A stretch of DNA of 64,000 bases from the NCBI GenBank assembly GCA_002633005.1, contig NMRA01000212.1, positions 485,312 to 549,311 of the forward strand, read 5' to 3'. Each line of letters opens with the position of its first letter. Positions within the stretch are counted from its first letter, which is position 1. Position numbers and translations under genes: made by a program. Below the pieces are notes generated by a model, which was not told where the DNA came from, did not search any database, and saw only the letters and a program-made list of their open reading frames with translations. Positions 1 to 13,735 of the stretch are shown here, in pieces. Origin of the DNA: Phoronis australis. Its lineage: Eukaryota; Animalia; Phoronida.

Positions 1-3000
1 GGACTGCAGAATCAACGTCCTTCCAGTGCCGTAGGCTATGACAAAGCAGTAAACTACGTGGTGTATTTGACATCCATATCCACAGCCCTTGTTCAAGTTG
101 CATATGACCTTCTTGGCTGTACTGCAGTCTTTTGGATTCTAATGGAAGAGAATTACATATTACAGCAGTAGTCAAGCTAAAGAATAACCACATGAATCGA
201 CAGGACTGTATTTTATTACAACTGTATTGGTCAGGAGCAAACGTTCAGTGCACACCTTCTTCAAATGTCTTCTTAAAAATACTTATTGGAAACCTATGAA
301 AGCATAGTGCACAGTCTTCCATCTTCGGTTAAGGTTATGTAACTATGAACGCATCAACAAGTCTGGCTTTGGCAAATGAAATATCTAGAAAGTTATGGAT
401 TTTTACTCTGACAGTAAAAATATGTATTTTCTGAAAGTAGAAAGCACACAGAATTTGATTTTTGACGTTTTACCAATCTGTTATTAATTGGGTCACGTGA
501 CCATGCCTGTTTTTATTTTAATATGCAACTTTAAAAGATTTTATGAGAAACATAAAATTTCTATTTTTTATTTGACAGCCCCTCATGCAATAGTGGAACA
601 TTTCAAAAACAATTACTTATAGCTTTTTTGAGAACACTGCATAAAGTATGATACTTGAAAGGCTTCACATGAATTCGAGCAGTCATTTCTGAGACATGAT
701 GTTCCGAAATCAGCCATATTTGGCCACTGTTCTAGGGTCCTACATCCGTTCGTGTTCATGTGACCTTTCTTTCTGTCCGACAATCAGTATCTTTTATTAC
801 ATTAATAGATTCAAGTTTTGATAATGTTTCTCCCAATGTGCCAGTCGCCATTTCAGTCAAAGGAAATGATATCAAAAACAATGTACACGGCAATACTTTT
901 CAAGTAAATCCAGATACCGTATTCGGCGTATTAACCGCCCAGGGCGCTTAGAAAAGTTCGTTTTTTGGAGGGCGCTTATTATAACCCAAGGCCATTGAAA
1001 CCCGGTCTCCGAAATGGGTGAAATCGGAAGCTAAGATTCGTCATATTTACGCTCTGTGACATATCTGTAATCTATGAAAGACTTTTTACAAAACCATGGT
1101 GCATTGCTATCAAACTTTGCTGCTAAATTACAATCATTTTACAGAAAATTGTGCTGAAATCCCAGGGCGAAAACTCGCCGACTGACTGCCTCGCAATCGT
1201 CGATATGGCGACCTGAATGGTTGAATAAAAATACAGTTTCAAATCAAGCAAATTACCTGAAATCCTCCTTAAGTTTTCCAAGTAGTGTCTATAAGATTTT
1301 TAAGTTCACGTTTAGTCTGGATCACGGAAGGTTTAAGTACAAATCTGTGCTACATCGCGCCATCTACATGTATGATCGGCAACATGAGAAAAATGTCTGG
1401 ACGAACACACATGTTGTTGTCCCGTGACATTTGTTTTGAAGTTCGTCTGCGTTTGTGAGTAAGCGAGCGCGTGCGTGTCACCAGAGTTCATGTGCCAGAG
1501 CAGAGACCGTCTTTTGGCCAGAGCCACGCAATCTAACTGGCTAGATGTGCATTGGATCTAAAGAAATTTGCACAAGCAGTAGGCCTAAACCAGAGCGTGT
1601 TTCATTCAGCACTTGCGGGTCTCATGCTAAAAACGTTCGACATTTGTCTCGGTAAGGCCCATCTTAGTCGACAGTTATTTTTCGGTGTAAGGGTGTGTAA
1701 GCATTCACTGTCAGGGGTCATTTTATCGGATATTTGGCTTAAAAACACAAATTATGGTTCATAAAACAATTCATCTTAAAACTAGCGCAAACATTTTTTA
1801 TAGTATCAGAAACTGTCGGAAATTAGTGCCAATATTCATTTCTTGCCATTGCTGTGCTACCCGTTTCATGAATGGATAGTTTCCGACTAATGTCTTTGAT
1901 GACAGGTTCATGTAAATATGTAGCGCAAGCTTCCTGGCCACGTGCTTTTAACACTGGCCAAGCTTTTTATTAGTCTTTGATTCGCGGTTTTCAAGTGTAC
2001 AAAGAAATTTGGATTCCTGTTGAAAGCGGGAAATATCTACAAAGCAATCCCGTAGACAAGTACACTACTTCTGTTCTGAAAGGCCAGGCCATTGGTCCTC
2101 ACAAGATCAGCAGAACTTTTGTGTTTGTTTTGAGGCATGGCGGAAGTTTGAAGTGTATTCAACTAAATACCGACATAGCGGCGAGGCTCATGGTCAAGAA
2201 ATTCTGCGCACAATGATTTTTTTTCAGGACTGTCGGATATTATTGATAAATTGAAGACGTTACTGTAGAATTTCAGGACTGTAGGTAAGGCATATTTCGC
2301 ACGTACACGTTCATGGACTGGGCGCTTATTTTAGCAAAGTCTGAAAACGCGTGGGGGGGCGCTTATAGGGGCATGGGCGGTTATTACGGCGAATACGGTA
2401 CCTTACTTTCACATAAATATTTCAGAAATCAGAATTCTGATGTAGAGTTGGATTTACTAAATTTAAAACTGTTCGTCACTGGACACAGGTGTTATGGGCA
2501 TTTCAATTCTCTGGACATCAAAAATACGCAAAATGTGTAATCTCATCCAGTGTTTGGAAGTTAGAAAGAAACCCTTTGCATAAACACGAGTCCTGGGCTC
2601 GACGTCTAATATACATACTTAAAACTTACTTCGAGTAAACTTACAAACTTGTACTAAAAATATGATGTAATTGCTTAAATTTCGAGTCTGAGCATGATTC
2701 GAGTCAAGAGATTAGACCCTGGGGCCTGGCCACAAGAGTAATACAATACCAGTCATAGTCTACAAGAGCAATGGGAAGCATTGAAATGCACCCACAACTG
2801 CATCGCATATGCCAAACTTCCAGTTGAGTTAATTAGCACCACAAAGATGACACATGTATGATGCAAAATATTTCAAACTTCATTTTCATCTGTTGTCAGT
2901 TTCATAGAAATACATCTGCCAAATCTTCATTAAAATCCTGCATGGGGTTTAGAAGATACATATTCAGCAGATGCCTGACATCCACCTGACGGCAGGAGAT

Positions 3001-6000
3001 GTCAGCATTATGTGCCCACGTAAAATAAATGTGGGCATATAAAAAGGCATTTTCGACAATTATTTTTGTCTGAAATTGGCGAGATTTTACTGTGCAGATA
3101 ACAACTAGGAACTCTTTCATGATTTACATAGCAAAAAGCTAACAAATCCTAATTACTTGAAGGTAATGCAGTCTTCGCTGGACAAGATCAGAAAGACTTT
3201 TTGCCTCCTGTATCCGCCAAGAGCCTTCCGTTTGGTGTAACTGTAGGATGTCACTCAGAATAGACCTAACAAAAAGAAAAAGAAATCATGGTAAAAAAAA
3301 TAAAAACATAAAATTCTTAGATAAATGACAAGAGGAGGGATAATGTAATACTGAAAAATGTTTCATTTTTTCAAGGGCATCTAATGGTGTCATGAATGCT
3401 GACAATTTTTCATAATATCTACCTAGTGGTAGATGAGGTACAAAATTTGAACATAGAAAAGCATTTAGTTAATATGTAGAACCTTGTCAACAAGTCCGTA
3501 TATTTAAGCAAATATCTACCCGACTATAGATTTTTGTAAATTCGTAAAAGTATGTATTTTCTGAAAGTAGAAAACCTGCAGACTTTGATTTTTTACTTTT
3601 TATCAGTATGCCATTAATTGGGTCACGTGACCATGTGTTTTACCTAAGAGAAAGGTACGGCACATTGATAGCAAAATAACGGGCATGTTGAGGAGCAAAT
3701 TTCATTTGCCACAAATGTTCAAGAAAACTAAAAAACGCTGATATGGTTCTCTGAATTGTTTTGTTTTCATAACGCAACTTAGATTAAATTACTTTTTTTT
3801 GTGAAAAACATAGAATTGTATTTTTGATAGCCTCTCATGAAAAACTGGAACATTTTAAAAATAATTCCCGGCATTTTGAAGAACAGTGCGTAAAGCATAG
3901 TATCTGAAAGTTTCATAGGAATCCGATCCGCCATTTTTGAGAGATGATGTTCCAAACAAATTTGGACATCTTTCTAGGGTCCATAACAGTAATTTGGTGT
4001 TACATGTGTTTATATAGAAAATATGAAAAATAAAATTTCACAACTCCTCCATAATGTGTCCTAAATTGCAGAGCTTTTACCAAACTAACTGTAGACAGGT
4101 CAAGTAAGTATCATGGTGGTTTTCGAAAAATACCATGATGAAAATGATACAAAACACATTCTCGATATTCAATACATTCAACAGACTGAGATGCAAAGAG
4201 CTTGTGACATTTGGTGGTGAGAATACAATATTGCACAGTACCATGGATACAACATGTACTGCAAAAAACACTCATTTTTAAGCAAACCCAACCAAACCTT
4301 CAATAGAAACAAGTGATCATTCAGTCTCAGTTACTGCCAATAGATGTCTCTGATTACCGTTGCTGAGCACCACCATCCTCGATAACAACATCGAGTGCAT
4401 TCGCTACGTCAGCATTACCAGATGACAAGGTCTTCAAGTGTTTTAATTTGCCACTTAAGTAGAACCACAACTCTCTCACACCGTTTTCAACCCTTCGCTG
4501 GAACTTCTCGTGCTCAGCACTAGAGTGAGCCACCTCTGAAATGTAACACGGACACACACACATAACTTTACATATATAAACAAACAGTGCAGCTGTTGCA
4601 TCACCTTGTATAAACACACTCAACATTCATGATACTCACCTATTTACAAAGCAAACAGTTATCAGACATCACTACAAGGTACTAAATGATATTCAGATAA
4701 AAGTAAAATTCAAATTTAGTTTCATACTAGAGAAATGCGGAGTGATGAAATAAGCCCACAGCTGCACTTGAAACGGGGTGTGCTTCTAGGGGTGTTTGTA
4801 ATAGCATACAAATAGCCATTAGATGCCAAAAATAGACTAGAAGACAGTAAAAATGGCCACTAGATGGCACAAAATACGTCAACTCCATCTGAAAATGAGA
4901 ACAAGTCATCGATCCTTTAAATGTCATGAAACTTTCAAAGAAACACAGGAAAACGAAAATAATTTAAATTGTCAATAGGGTGCACAGCGTTCGTTGGATC
5001 CATTTGAAAGTCGTCATCAACTGTTGTCAGCTTCACATAAATACACTAGCCACATTTAATAAAAATCTTGCAGAGAGTTACAGCCAAAGACGCAAAAACA
5101 AAACTGCCACTAGGAGGCACCACAGCTACAAAACGAAAATCATCATCAGGCATGCTCTTCGCAGTAGAAACCTAATCAATCATCCTTAGAGTAATTTGGT
5201 TGATCCATGGGTGGACGGCAAAAAAATAACAGTAAAAATGGCCATTAGGTGGCACAACATACCCCAAATCCATCCAAAAACAGAAAAGTAGCATCACCTC
5301 ACTATTAGATAGCTATTTGCCAAATTTCATGAAAATCCGTACAGGATCGCCGTAGGTATAGAGGTAAATGTAAAAGAATAAAATTGCCAATAGGGGCAAA
5401 CCTGTAGTCTGATCCATCTGAAAATTCGTTCATGCCTTCCCATCTATGAAAGAAACATATCTGTAAAATTTCATGAACATACATCAAAGGGTTTTGGAGA
5501 TAGAGCAGCGGATGCTGGACAGACAGGGATGATGGCAAAATGTGCCCACATATAAATATGTGGATGCATAAAAACTGAATATTCCAAACATACTTACTCT
5601 TCATCAGTCATAAAACAATATGGAACCTTCAGAACATGGATGACAAATGAAACAGCACAGCAAAGAGTGAATTAGACAAAACAAAATGCAGGGAGATCAA
5701 ACAACGACAATTTATGTAAGTTGGAAAAAGCATAATACAGATGCAGGTATCAGCCATTAAGCCTGTTCTGTAATAAAGTGCTCTGTATTCAACTGTCACA
5801 TCCATCATAATTATGTAATTTTGTTCAGTATCAAGGGACATCATTAGGACTGTTTCTCAGATATCTTGCTGTACTTCAGTAATGTGCTGTTTTCATTTAT
5901 TTAGCATTAGGTAAAATTCGACGTGCACAACTTCCTAAAACCGATTTGAGGTGATGATGTAGTGACAGACCTGATCCTGAGAAAAATCCAAACAGTGCAA

Positions 6001-9000
6001 ACTCGTGACCAAATCTTCCTTTCTGCTAATTCACAAAAACAACTAAAATTAGACATTATTTTCAGTTGCTGAGCTTGTCATTATCATTTTTGCTGCAAAG
6101 GAATTCAAAATGAGTACCACTGAGCAACGCTATTTACACCATTTGTCTTGAAAAGTAGAAAAAAGTCTCTCAAACATAGGTCAGAGGTTTTCAAACATGG
6201 CTCAGAACTTTTCAATTACGGTGTATCACCATGTTTCAATACATGGAGGGACAACCCTGCAGTAAGGTCATTTCTATATAATCTATTGATCTATTTACAA
6301 CAACCTCTAGCCTATTTACATTCAATTGGCACAACGTTGCCAGCAGTCACTTCTCAGGTGATATAGTGTTCATAGAAGAACAAACAGTGGTATGAGGTAC
6401 ACTCATTTTAGAGGAATCAGAATTCTAGGGGGAAGAGTGTCGTTCACGTGGGTCAAAATTTTTCCAAAAATTACAAACCATGTATGTTATCACATACTCG
6501 CGACCATTCTTTTAAAAACCCTGTAACATGTGAAAATGGCCGGAGAACTGACTGACTGAAACGTCGTGCCAATGTAATAAGGCTAGAGGTTGGTGTTAGT
6601 AGACCAATAGATTTTCTGTAGATCAACAGATTTTCAGAAATATTCTTAGTAGTACTTTCTTTTGTCACTAGATACTTCCATACCATATGCTAGACTACAA
6701 TTTACCATCCCTGTCATGGGGTTTCAGTCCCACTGGGGCACACTGTTAGACCATTGAGTCGGGTCATTAGCTCCTCAGCTCTGTCTTATGTACATAAGAG
6801 CAAAAATGTTCTCAGGCAAACAGTGCAATGGACCCACATGAGCTCCCTGTGCACGCCTGGTACAACATGTAATTATTATTTAATTACATGTAATTATTAT
6901 TTAATTACAATACATTTTAATAGCCACTTTATTGTGAACTACATGAGGGAGATTTACTACACAGAAGGCGTTAAATACAGGTTCCAGACAGTGCCCTATA
7001 CTCACGTGTTTTCTGCGGCAGGTTTAACAACGATGTATCGCCCAACTTTTTGTGATTTGACTCATCATTTTTTGAGGCATCCAAACGAATTTTCCTACAA
7101 GAAAATATTAACAAAATGTCTTAAATGTGCACAAGTTTCACAGCGTGAGCTATATTGTGTCACTGCAACACTCACTGTAAGAGCTATATTGTGTCACTTC
7201 GACACTCACTGTAAGAGCTACACTGTGTCACTGCAACACTCACTGTATGAGCTATATTGTGTCACTGCAACACTCACTGTATGAGCTATATTGTGTCACT
7301 GCAACACTCACTGTATGAGCAATATTATGTGACTGCAACACTCACTATAAGAGCTATATTGTGTCACTGCAACACTCACTGTATGAGCTATATTGTGTCA
7401 CTGCAACACTCACTGTAAGAGCTACACTGTGTCATCACAACACTTGCATGAGCTATGGCGTGCTGATAATTAACAAAATAGACAGTGTGAGTGGTCTGGT
7501 ACTTTTTGCAGTGCAACAAATTGTTGCATTCAATCATGAAACACCTGAGCAAATATCAGAAAAATCCTCCTGTCACTTTCTTTATGAAAGATGTTTTCAA
7601 TGTTGTTTTAAGAAAATTGACAGACATGCATTTTCCATTTGATGCCATTTACTATATGTTGCAGTGATATACTTTCTTTAGGCAATGAGCAGGACTGAAA
7701 AGAAAAAGAGAGTGTTACAACTAACAAAGTAACAATTCCTTATGCAGAGGTTGAGATTGCAAATACTAACTGAAGTTCTAAGAGAGCCTTCACCTATAGC
7801 CTAAACTGTTCACACACCCAAGTGCATTGTTTTTCACCAGTCACTCACTAGGTAAACATATATTGGAATTGGTACTATCAGATAACACAGTCAAATATGT
7901 TATAACTTACGTGCTTTTCAAATGATATGCAAAGTTTATGAAAAACCATGAAAACTCCTCAAAGTTGTGTTCAAAGTATGCCAGGAATATCATGACACCA
8001 AAATGACCGAAAGTTTCATGTACAAAAGAGGCACATCAATGAAACACACAAGTTGAACAGGAACCCCCAACTTTCATTTCAAAACAATAAGTTGACTTAA
8101 ATTCTAAAATCATACGAAACACACCTCATGGTGGCGTTATGGAAAAAATGCATCTAATTGGTAGCGTGATACATGTTTCCTTGACATTAAGTGTTTTGCC
8201 ATCTAAATGCGCAATCTAAATTTAATACTATGACACACCCACTCTAGGTAACGAATTTGACAAAGAGTTTCAACCACTCGTTTTTGCCGAGTTATAATTC
8301 AATTGCAGGTTGATAAAACATGTACACTTTTCCCCTTTAGGAAAATACAAGACTCCTATAGTTATGCAATGGCGTTTTTTCAACTTTTGGTCAAAATGTT
8401 TCCCAATATTGGAGCATGGGTGTCCCTTGAGTGTTCAACAGAGTATAAGCTAATGGAACCTTTTACGCATCAAATATGAATGAAGGCCATCTGTACATCT
8501 TAAATAAGAATTTAAGAGATTCATGCCTAAGAAAACTATTTCCCACTTGAAATTAAGACCAGTCTCATTGGGAGAAAGTGCTGTCGTGGAAACAGTAAGA
8601 AAAAACTACGTGCAGGGTCTTGGAACGATCCTAAGGTCTAGCACAATGCTATGATCACCAGACACAATGAACAGCATCAACTGTAAAATGGCAGGCCAAT
8701 CCCCACAGGATGTACATGCTGTAAATCGTACCTGAATAAAACATGCCACACCAAAGTTTTGACATTTAACCATCCATTTTCAAATCCTTTCTCAACAGCA
8801 CTGCACAGGACTATATTATGGGTTTAACTTCACATGGACCAGAAAATACAAGACAACCTGTCAGCAACTATATGTGGAAGCACAATGCCTGGTTCTTTGC
8901 TAACCCGACTCATTTAGAAGTACTCCACACTTCAAAACTGAGGTCACTCACACAATGTGTTCTTTTACCTCTGCATTAGTTGGTAAACCAGCCCTTAAAC

Positions 9001-9939
9001 AGGATTGGAAGTCTGCACAGTGAAGTGTATAGTGCCATACACATCACACTCGAACTGCATGTCAAACATTAACCGGCATGCGTTGAAAACGCTATCGCGT
9101 GAACACATAATACAGTGAAGATAACTCCACGGAAATCAAACCATTCAAGAGAACTTATTCACTCGAAGATTCTACTTTTTGCTTTTCGCTTGTCACTCCG
9201 CCATTAACATTTTTTAACCTACAGGTGAACTAGTCAACTAAAGCATTCACTGGGTTCATTGGCTGGCATTTGGATCACTACCTGACGTCACCAGGTCAAA
9301 AACTAAGGGTATAAAATAGCAGACGATATAACCGAGACCAGTTTTCTAAATGTGTCAAGGGAATTTGATTTGGTTAGTACTAACACAATGAACAGAAATT
9401 TTCATACCATTCTTTTGGTTTAAATCCATTTCATCAAGTGGTGAAAAGCCCTCTGGTGGACCTTCAAATCTGAGTATTGTCTACATCAGCACATGCATGA
9501 AAGAGGAGCCAGTTCAGTTCAGCATGGTGCCGATATCAGACCAACTGGTACCTGCCAATAGGTCTAAAATGGAATGGCCACTAGACAGTGCTGCAGTAGC
9601 CAAATATGTCCCAAGATTTTTAAAGATATGACAACACAAGAAATGTTTCTACGGAAAAATGGTATTCAACTTAATGAAACACTACAATAGGGCCTACATA
9701 CAGGTAAATAAGGCAAACTAGCAAACTATCAACAGGTGAACCTACCTAATATTGTCGACCATTTGCTTGAGTTCTTCATTCTGTACTTTGATCTTGTCCA
9801 ACTGTTCAAGTGCCAGCTTCAGCTTGAACTCGGTCTCGCCCTCTGGTGACTGAATGACACTAATGGCCATGTACAGGATGACCATCAGCCAGAACACGAC
9901 CAGTGTGGCAACAACACGCATCCACTTCCGAGCCACCAT
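1..9939 (-). CDS. FUT8: Alpha-(1,6)-fucosyltransferase (core fucosyltransferase), 5' part; continues beyond window start
   Basis: Phase-compatible GT-AG exons: 9939-9746 ([24 protein letters not shown]..., type II signal anchor plus coiled coil), 9218-9163 (stem, least certain), 4535-4358 ([19 protein letters not shown]), 3265-3157 (SILSDIL...[13 protein letters not shown]), 138-1 ([44 protein letters not shown]). The last motif is the FUT8 signature NPKDC..[15 protein letters not shown]. Confidence 0.95.
329..748 (+). mobile_element. TTAA-flanked (Kolobok/piggyBac-like) non-autonomous repeat, copy 1
   Basis: Starts TTAAGGTTATGT. Core tatgtattttctgaaagtagaa...gggtcacgtgacca recurs at about 3470-3985, 10598-10745 and 50850-51350, and reversed at about 14690-14900 and 63400-63630. 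Confidence 0.6.
917..2398. mobile_element. Non-autonomous Tc1/mariner-pogo-type DNA transposon carrying a HIRAN-domain relic
   Basis: TIRs CCGTATTCGGCGTATTAACCGCCCA and TGGGCGGTTATTACGGCGAATACGG, TA on both flanks (915-916, 2399-2400), repeated subterminal GGGCGCTTA motifs. No transposase ORF seen. Confidence 0.85.
1965..2165 (+). pseudogene. Degenerate HIRAN-domain coding fragment inside the transposon
   Basis: Translation [15 protein letters not shown]...[13 protein letters not shown]...[20 protein letters not shown] fits the HIRAN pattern RGxHVYKxxW...NxxDxxAV...VGH.P..S...L..GG. There is an in-frame stop just upstream and apparent deletions. Confidence 0.7.
2762..3045 (-). mobile_element. 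Short HINE/DINE-1-like Helentron derivative with almost no central array
   Basis: Same ends as 33428-35113: acaagagcaa...cccacaa at the left, hairpin tgcccac...gtgggca plus an A-run at the right. Confidence 0.65.
3470..3985 (+). mobile_element. Same TTAA-type repeat family, copy 2
   Basis: Colinear similarity to 340-748, including GGTCACGTGACC and the ttctagggtcc end. Confidence 0.65.
4726..5574 (-). mobile_element. HINE/DINE-1-like element with about 1.5 central repeat units
   Basis: Family termini, ggacagacagg microsatellite remnant, terminal hairpin 5540-5570. Internal units homologous to 33500-35000. Confidence 0.75.
7147..7455. repeat. 34-bp minisatellite, about 9 copies
   Basis: Unit GAGCTATATTGTGTCACTGCAACACTCACTGTAW repeated head to tail without spacers. 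Confidence 0.95.
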
Positions 9940-10756
9940 ACTGCCAGGTCACCTCCTACAAAGAACAGGTGTTTGTGCTTATTAAGCAATAGAGCTCAAA
10001 ATATTTCCACTGCATGTGAAGTTAATACTACTTTCAAAGTTGATGGCATTCGAAAATGAAACAGCAAGACATCAGGATCTAGGCCAGGCTGCAAGGGGCA
10101 AATGTCTGTCGCAACTCCAAAAAACACTTTCTAGTGAAACGGCAAATAGGGGTAAATTAAGTAAAAAGGCACAGAAATATAGGAGAACATGTGAATTCTG
10201 TTTCGAGTGTATACAAGCGGAACATTCAGATGCTGTGGCGAAGTGCTTTAAAAAATAGAATAGTTCAGATATGTATTTTCTGTCAAGCCATAAAGTCGAC
10301 ATTACAAAATTGAATTTCAGCATTGATAATTCTTCAAATATTTATTCAAGCTGAACTTTGTTCAATGAAGACGATGCCTATTAGGGGCTTTTTGAACGCA
10401 GTCACTTATTAATAAATTAAACATGACAGCAGTTTTCTGCAGACAAGCCCAGGGAGTTTATTTGGAAAATGACTAGTTCAAGAACCAAAATCAAATTCAA
10501 ATATACACCTTGACGTACATTTGGAAGCGACAAAATTGCAGTAATTCTCCATTTTAATGGTTGTTTTTAAGCCAGATAAACAGGACGGAATGCAGCTTTA
10601 AGGTTATGTGGGACCGTAATGACAAGTCTGTGTAATTACCCAAATACAGATCTACCAAACTATAGTAAACATTTTCTGAAAGTACAAGGAGTACAGAATT
10701 TGATTTTTAACATTTACCAATCTGTTATTAATTGCGTTACGTACCCTAGACCAACT

Positions 10757-10919
10757 CAGGGGCAGATCCAAGATTTTGAGTTGGGGGAGGGGGCAGGAGA
10801 GCGTATTAACCAGGATTTCACCCATCAGACATTCGCACCCCTGAACTGCCAAATGGAAAATGGAAGAATTTCAGGGGGAGCCGTGGCCTCCTTAGCCCCC
10901 CCCCTTAAATCCGCCACTG
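10757..10919. mobile_element. Small hAT-like MITE (CAG(G/T)GGC(A/G)GAT termini)
   Basis: CAGGGGCAGATC ... AATCCGCCACTG termini, flanks CAACT/CAATT, G/C-run interior. Same termini as 45471-46358. Confidence 0.6.
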
Positions 10920-13444
10920 CAATTTGCCCTAGTTCAACTTGCCCCATTCAGCCAAGCGGGATCCACACCCTACACCCTGGACAAAATATGACACTAATAG
11001 GAATAGAATATAATAATTCTTCAATTATTTTGCACAAAAATGGACAAAAATAATTGACAAAATTGCGATATTTCTCACGTTTAAAGGATGATTGCCTTAC
11101 AGCAAATAAACGAAACTTCCAAGTTTTGTTTTACGACATCTAGGGCATCTAGACAAACAGTGCTGGTGACTGACTAAAGTGTTCTTTAATCTTCATTTAT
11201 TGGATAAATTTGACAAAAATGAAATTTTACTAGTCAGCCATATTGTGTGCTAAATAAGTGAAAAATTACCATAGACACGGGTATATAATGTACAAGGGCG
11301 CAGCTGGTAATTTCTTCTGCCTTGTCTGCAGGTTTGTCCACACTACCACTTGCACTGCGGCAAGCTTACCCCAGATCAAGTAAACCTCAACAAAGTTGGG
11401 TTAGTTGTCACATGTGTGTCAAGTTAACATAGCGCAATTAGCCTACTGCTAAACCTAGCGAAGACTCATTCCAGGAGTAACTTGTTCTAGGATAACTTAA
11501 GTGACAAGGGCATTACATAGTTTTAGTTTCATCAGTGTCAGGATTCGCAATTCACTGGCATCCCAAGATTTATGAATCTCACATTGCTCTCCCTGCTTGA
11601 ACTGTTCAAATTTTTATCAATATCAGCAACATACTTATCAATGTCCGATCATTTTTTATCATTTTGCCACTGCAGTCACCACTGTCATTGCAACCATAGT
11701 GTTTTCACTCACATATAAACTAACTGTTGCTCAAGAGGCAAGGCGGCTAACTCACTTCTGAACCCAGTCTAAGAAAATTAACAATGAATTGTAACGCACC
11801 CCCATAACTTTTTTACGTCTCCACTGCAACTCACTAAGCAATGCAGAGTTAGTAAAACTTTACTGGCATCAGAATGACAAATGACAAGCTAATCTCAATG
11901 CATGGCAGCACTGCTCACCTGTGGACCAAGAGCCCTGCAGACACATGGCACAATATTAAAAGTAAATACCAAAGAATGTAATAGGCTGTGGCTACTGTTT
12001 TGACAGCTGACAAAATTGTATGTGCCACAAAGAAAGACATCTGGTGCTGTAGAATATCGCTATTGTCATAGTGCATGTAATTAGCCCTCCTGAATAGAAC
12101 TCTTCTCTTTCTCAGAGGTAGAAAAAAAATACAGTGCACATCCAGCATAATTTTTGTCAATTTCTTGGTTCACAAATGTAACTAAAAATGTAAGTTTGCC
12201 TGTATTTAATAATGACGCATTGCATAATCAGGATATAAAATACGGCAGTTTCCTCAAACCGAAACAAAAATAATTGCCAAAATTGTACATTTTTCTAAAG
12301 CTCGCTTCATTGTTAAAAATTGCTCAAAATTTAATTGGGCGTCTTTTACGACATTTGCTGAATGTGAACTGTCCAAATGGTGGGGTACAAGTTTTCCTTC
12401 CTTCTGTGCATTTTCCTTGAAAATTTGATGAACTAAAACTTCACTGTTCTGCCACATGGTGTCTTAAATTGAAGAAACTTTGCATTAGTGATTAACAGTT
12501 GCACCTGAAGTAGCAGAACAAGTATTTGAGACATGTGTTGCATTGTGTGTAAAACCTTACACTGAGTGATGGTGTGTTACTTCAGGATAGTCTTTTTGAT
12601 TCAGCTTTAATTCTGCATGTAAGGTTCATAGCACTTTGAACTGTGCCTGAACATAGGCCTATATCTCCGAAATGAAGCATTTTTCAAAGTAACCCTGTTA
12701 CGCAAAAAACGCGCTATTCCACAGTTTGAGAGACTTGATACACGCAAAAATCGCACGCGTTTCAGATCTAAGAATCAAGAAAATTCAGTTTCAGCTTCAA
12801 TTTTGGTATCTAAGATTTTGGAGACTTTTCCAAACTGAAAAATTTTAATTGTAATAAGAACAATTTGAGACCAATTTCATAATGGTAAGTGGTCTAAATT
12901 AAATTATTTTTGTGACAGAGGGTGGGTTGATCATGATGGTCTTTTAATGTTTCCTAGTGTTAGAAGACTATTGACTGTTGCAGACATGTCTATTCCGGTG
13001 CTGAAGTCAGAAACAACACTACAACTTGAAGATGGTGATCATTCTATAATCCATGCAGAATCGATGCCTTACAAAACACATGGGATCTGCATAACACGTA
13101 CGTATGTACGTACGTATGTATGTATATATACATGTATAATCTGTAAACTGTTATATCCACAAAGACGATGTTTTCCCACTATTCCCAAGAACAAAGACCA
13201 GTGACACTTGATGAAATAATTGCCCCCTGGTGACACCTTAATTCATCTAATTAATGATGTCACCGGGGGGCACTCGATATATGAAACAATGCCAGAATAT
13301 CTTGTGTGATTTTAGCAACTTGTGATGTGAAACAGAATCAAAGACAAAACAGAAAATCTCATTTACACCACACACAAACATTTCCCCACCACTTTCATTA
13401 GAAGCAAAAATGACATTCATGTGAGCGGTTACCAGTGGCACTTA

Positions 13445-13735
13445 TGGTGGCGCTTTGGTCGCAATTGGAGTTGCTCCAAAGCTGCTGTTGTTTTCGCTAC
13501 ACTTTTGCAGCCAGACCACTTCATCAAAGGACACACATGCGCAGGGGTAACAGGACTTTGTTTATAGTCGCATTAATCACTTTACGGCATAGAGTGAAAA
13601 TATTTTGATATCAATTTTCACTTGAAAGGATTCTGGTGGTGAGGAAACAAACAGCTGGTGCAAATGCTATGGAAACCTGGCTAAAACATTAGCCTTTCCA
13701 CCAATAAAATTGCTAGCATTTCAATCACTAGTCAA
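13445..13735 (+). repeat. Interspersed repeat, second copy at about 58045-58320
   Basis: Shared caaaggacacacatgcgca-gggtaa...ggtggtgaggaaa...gctggtgca. Confidence 0.8.

Noticed and set aside
7147-7455. 34-bp repeats resembling a CRISPR array
   Set aside because: Units are contiguous with no unique spacers, there are no cas genes, and the context is a eukaryotic intron. This is a minisatellite, and the ORFs 6754-7642 are by-products.
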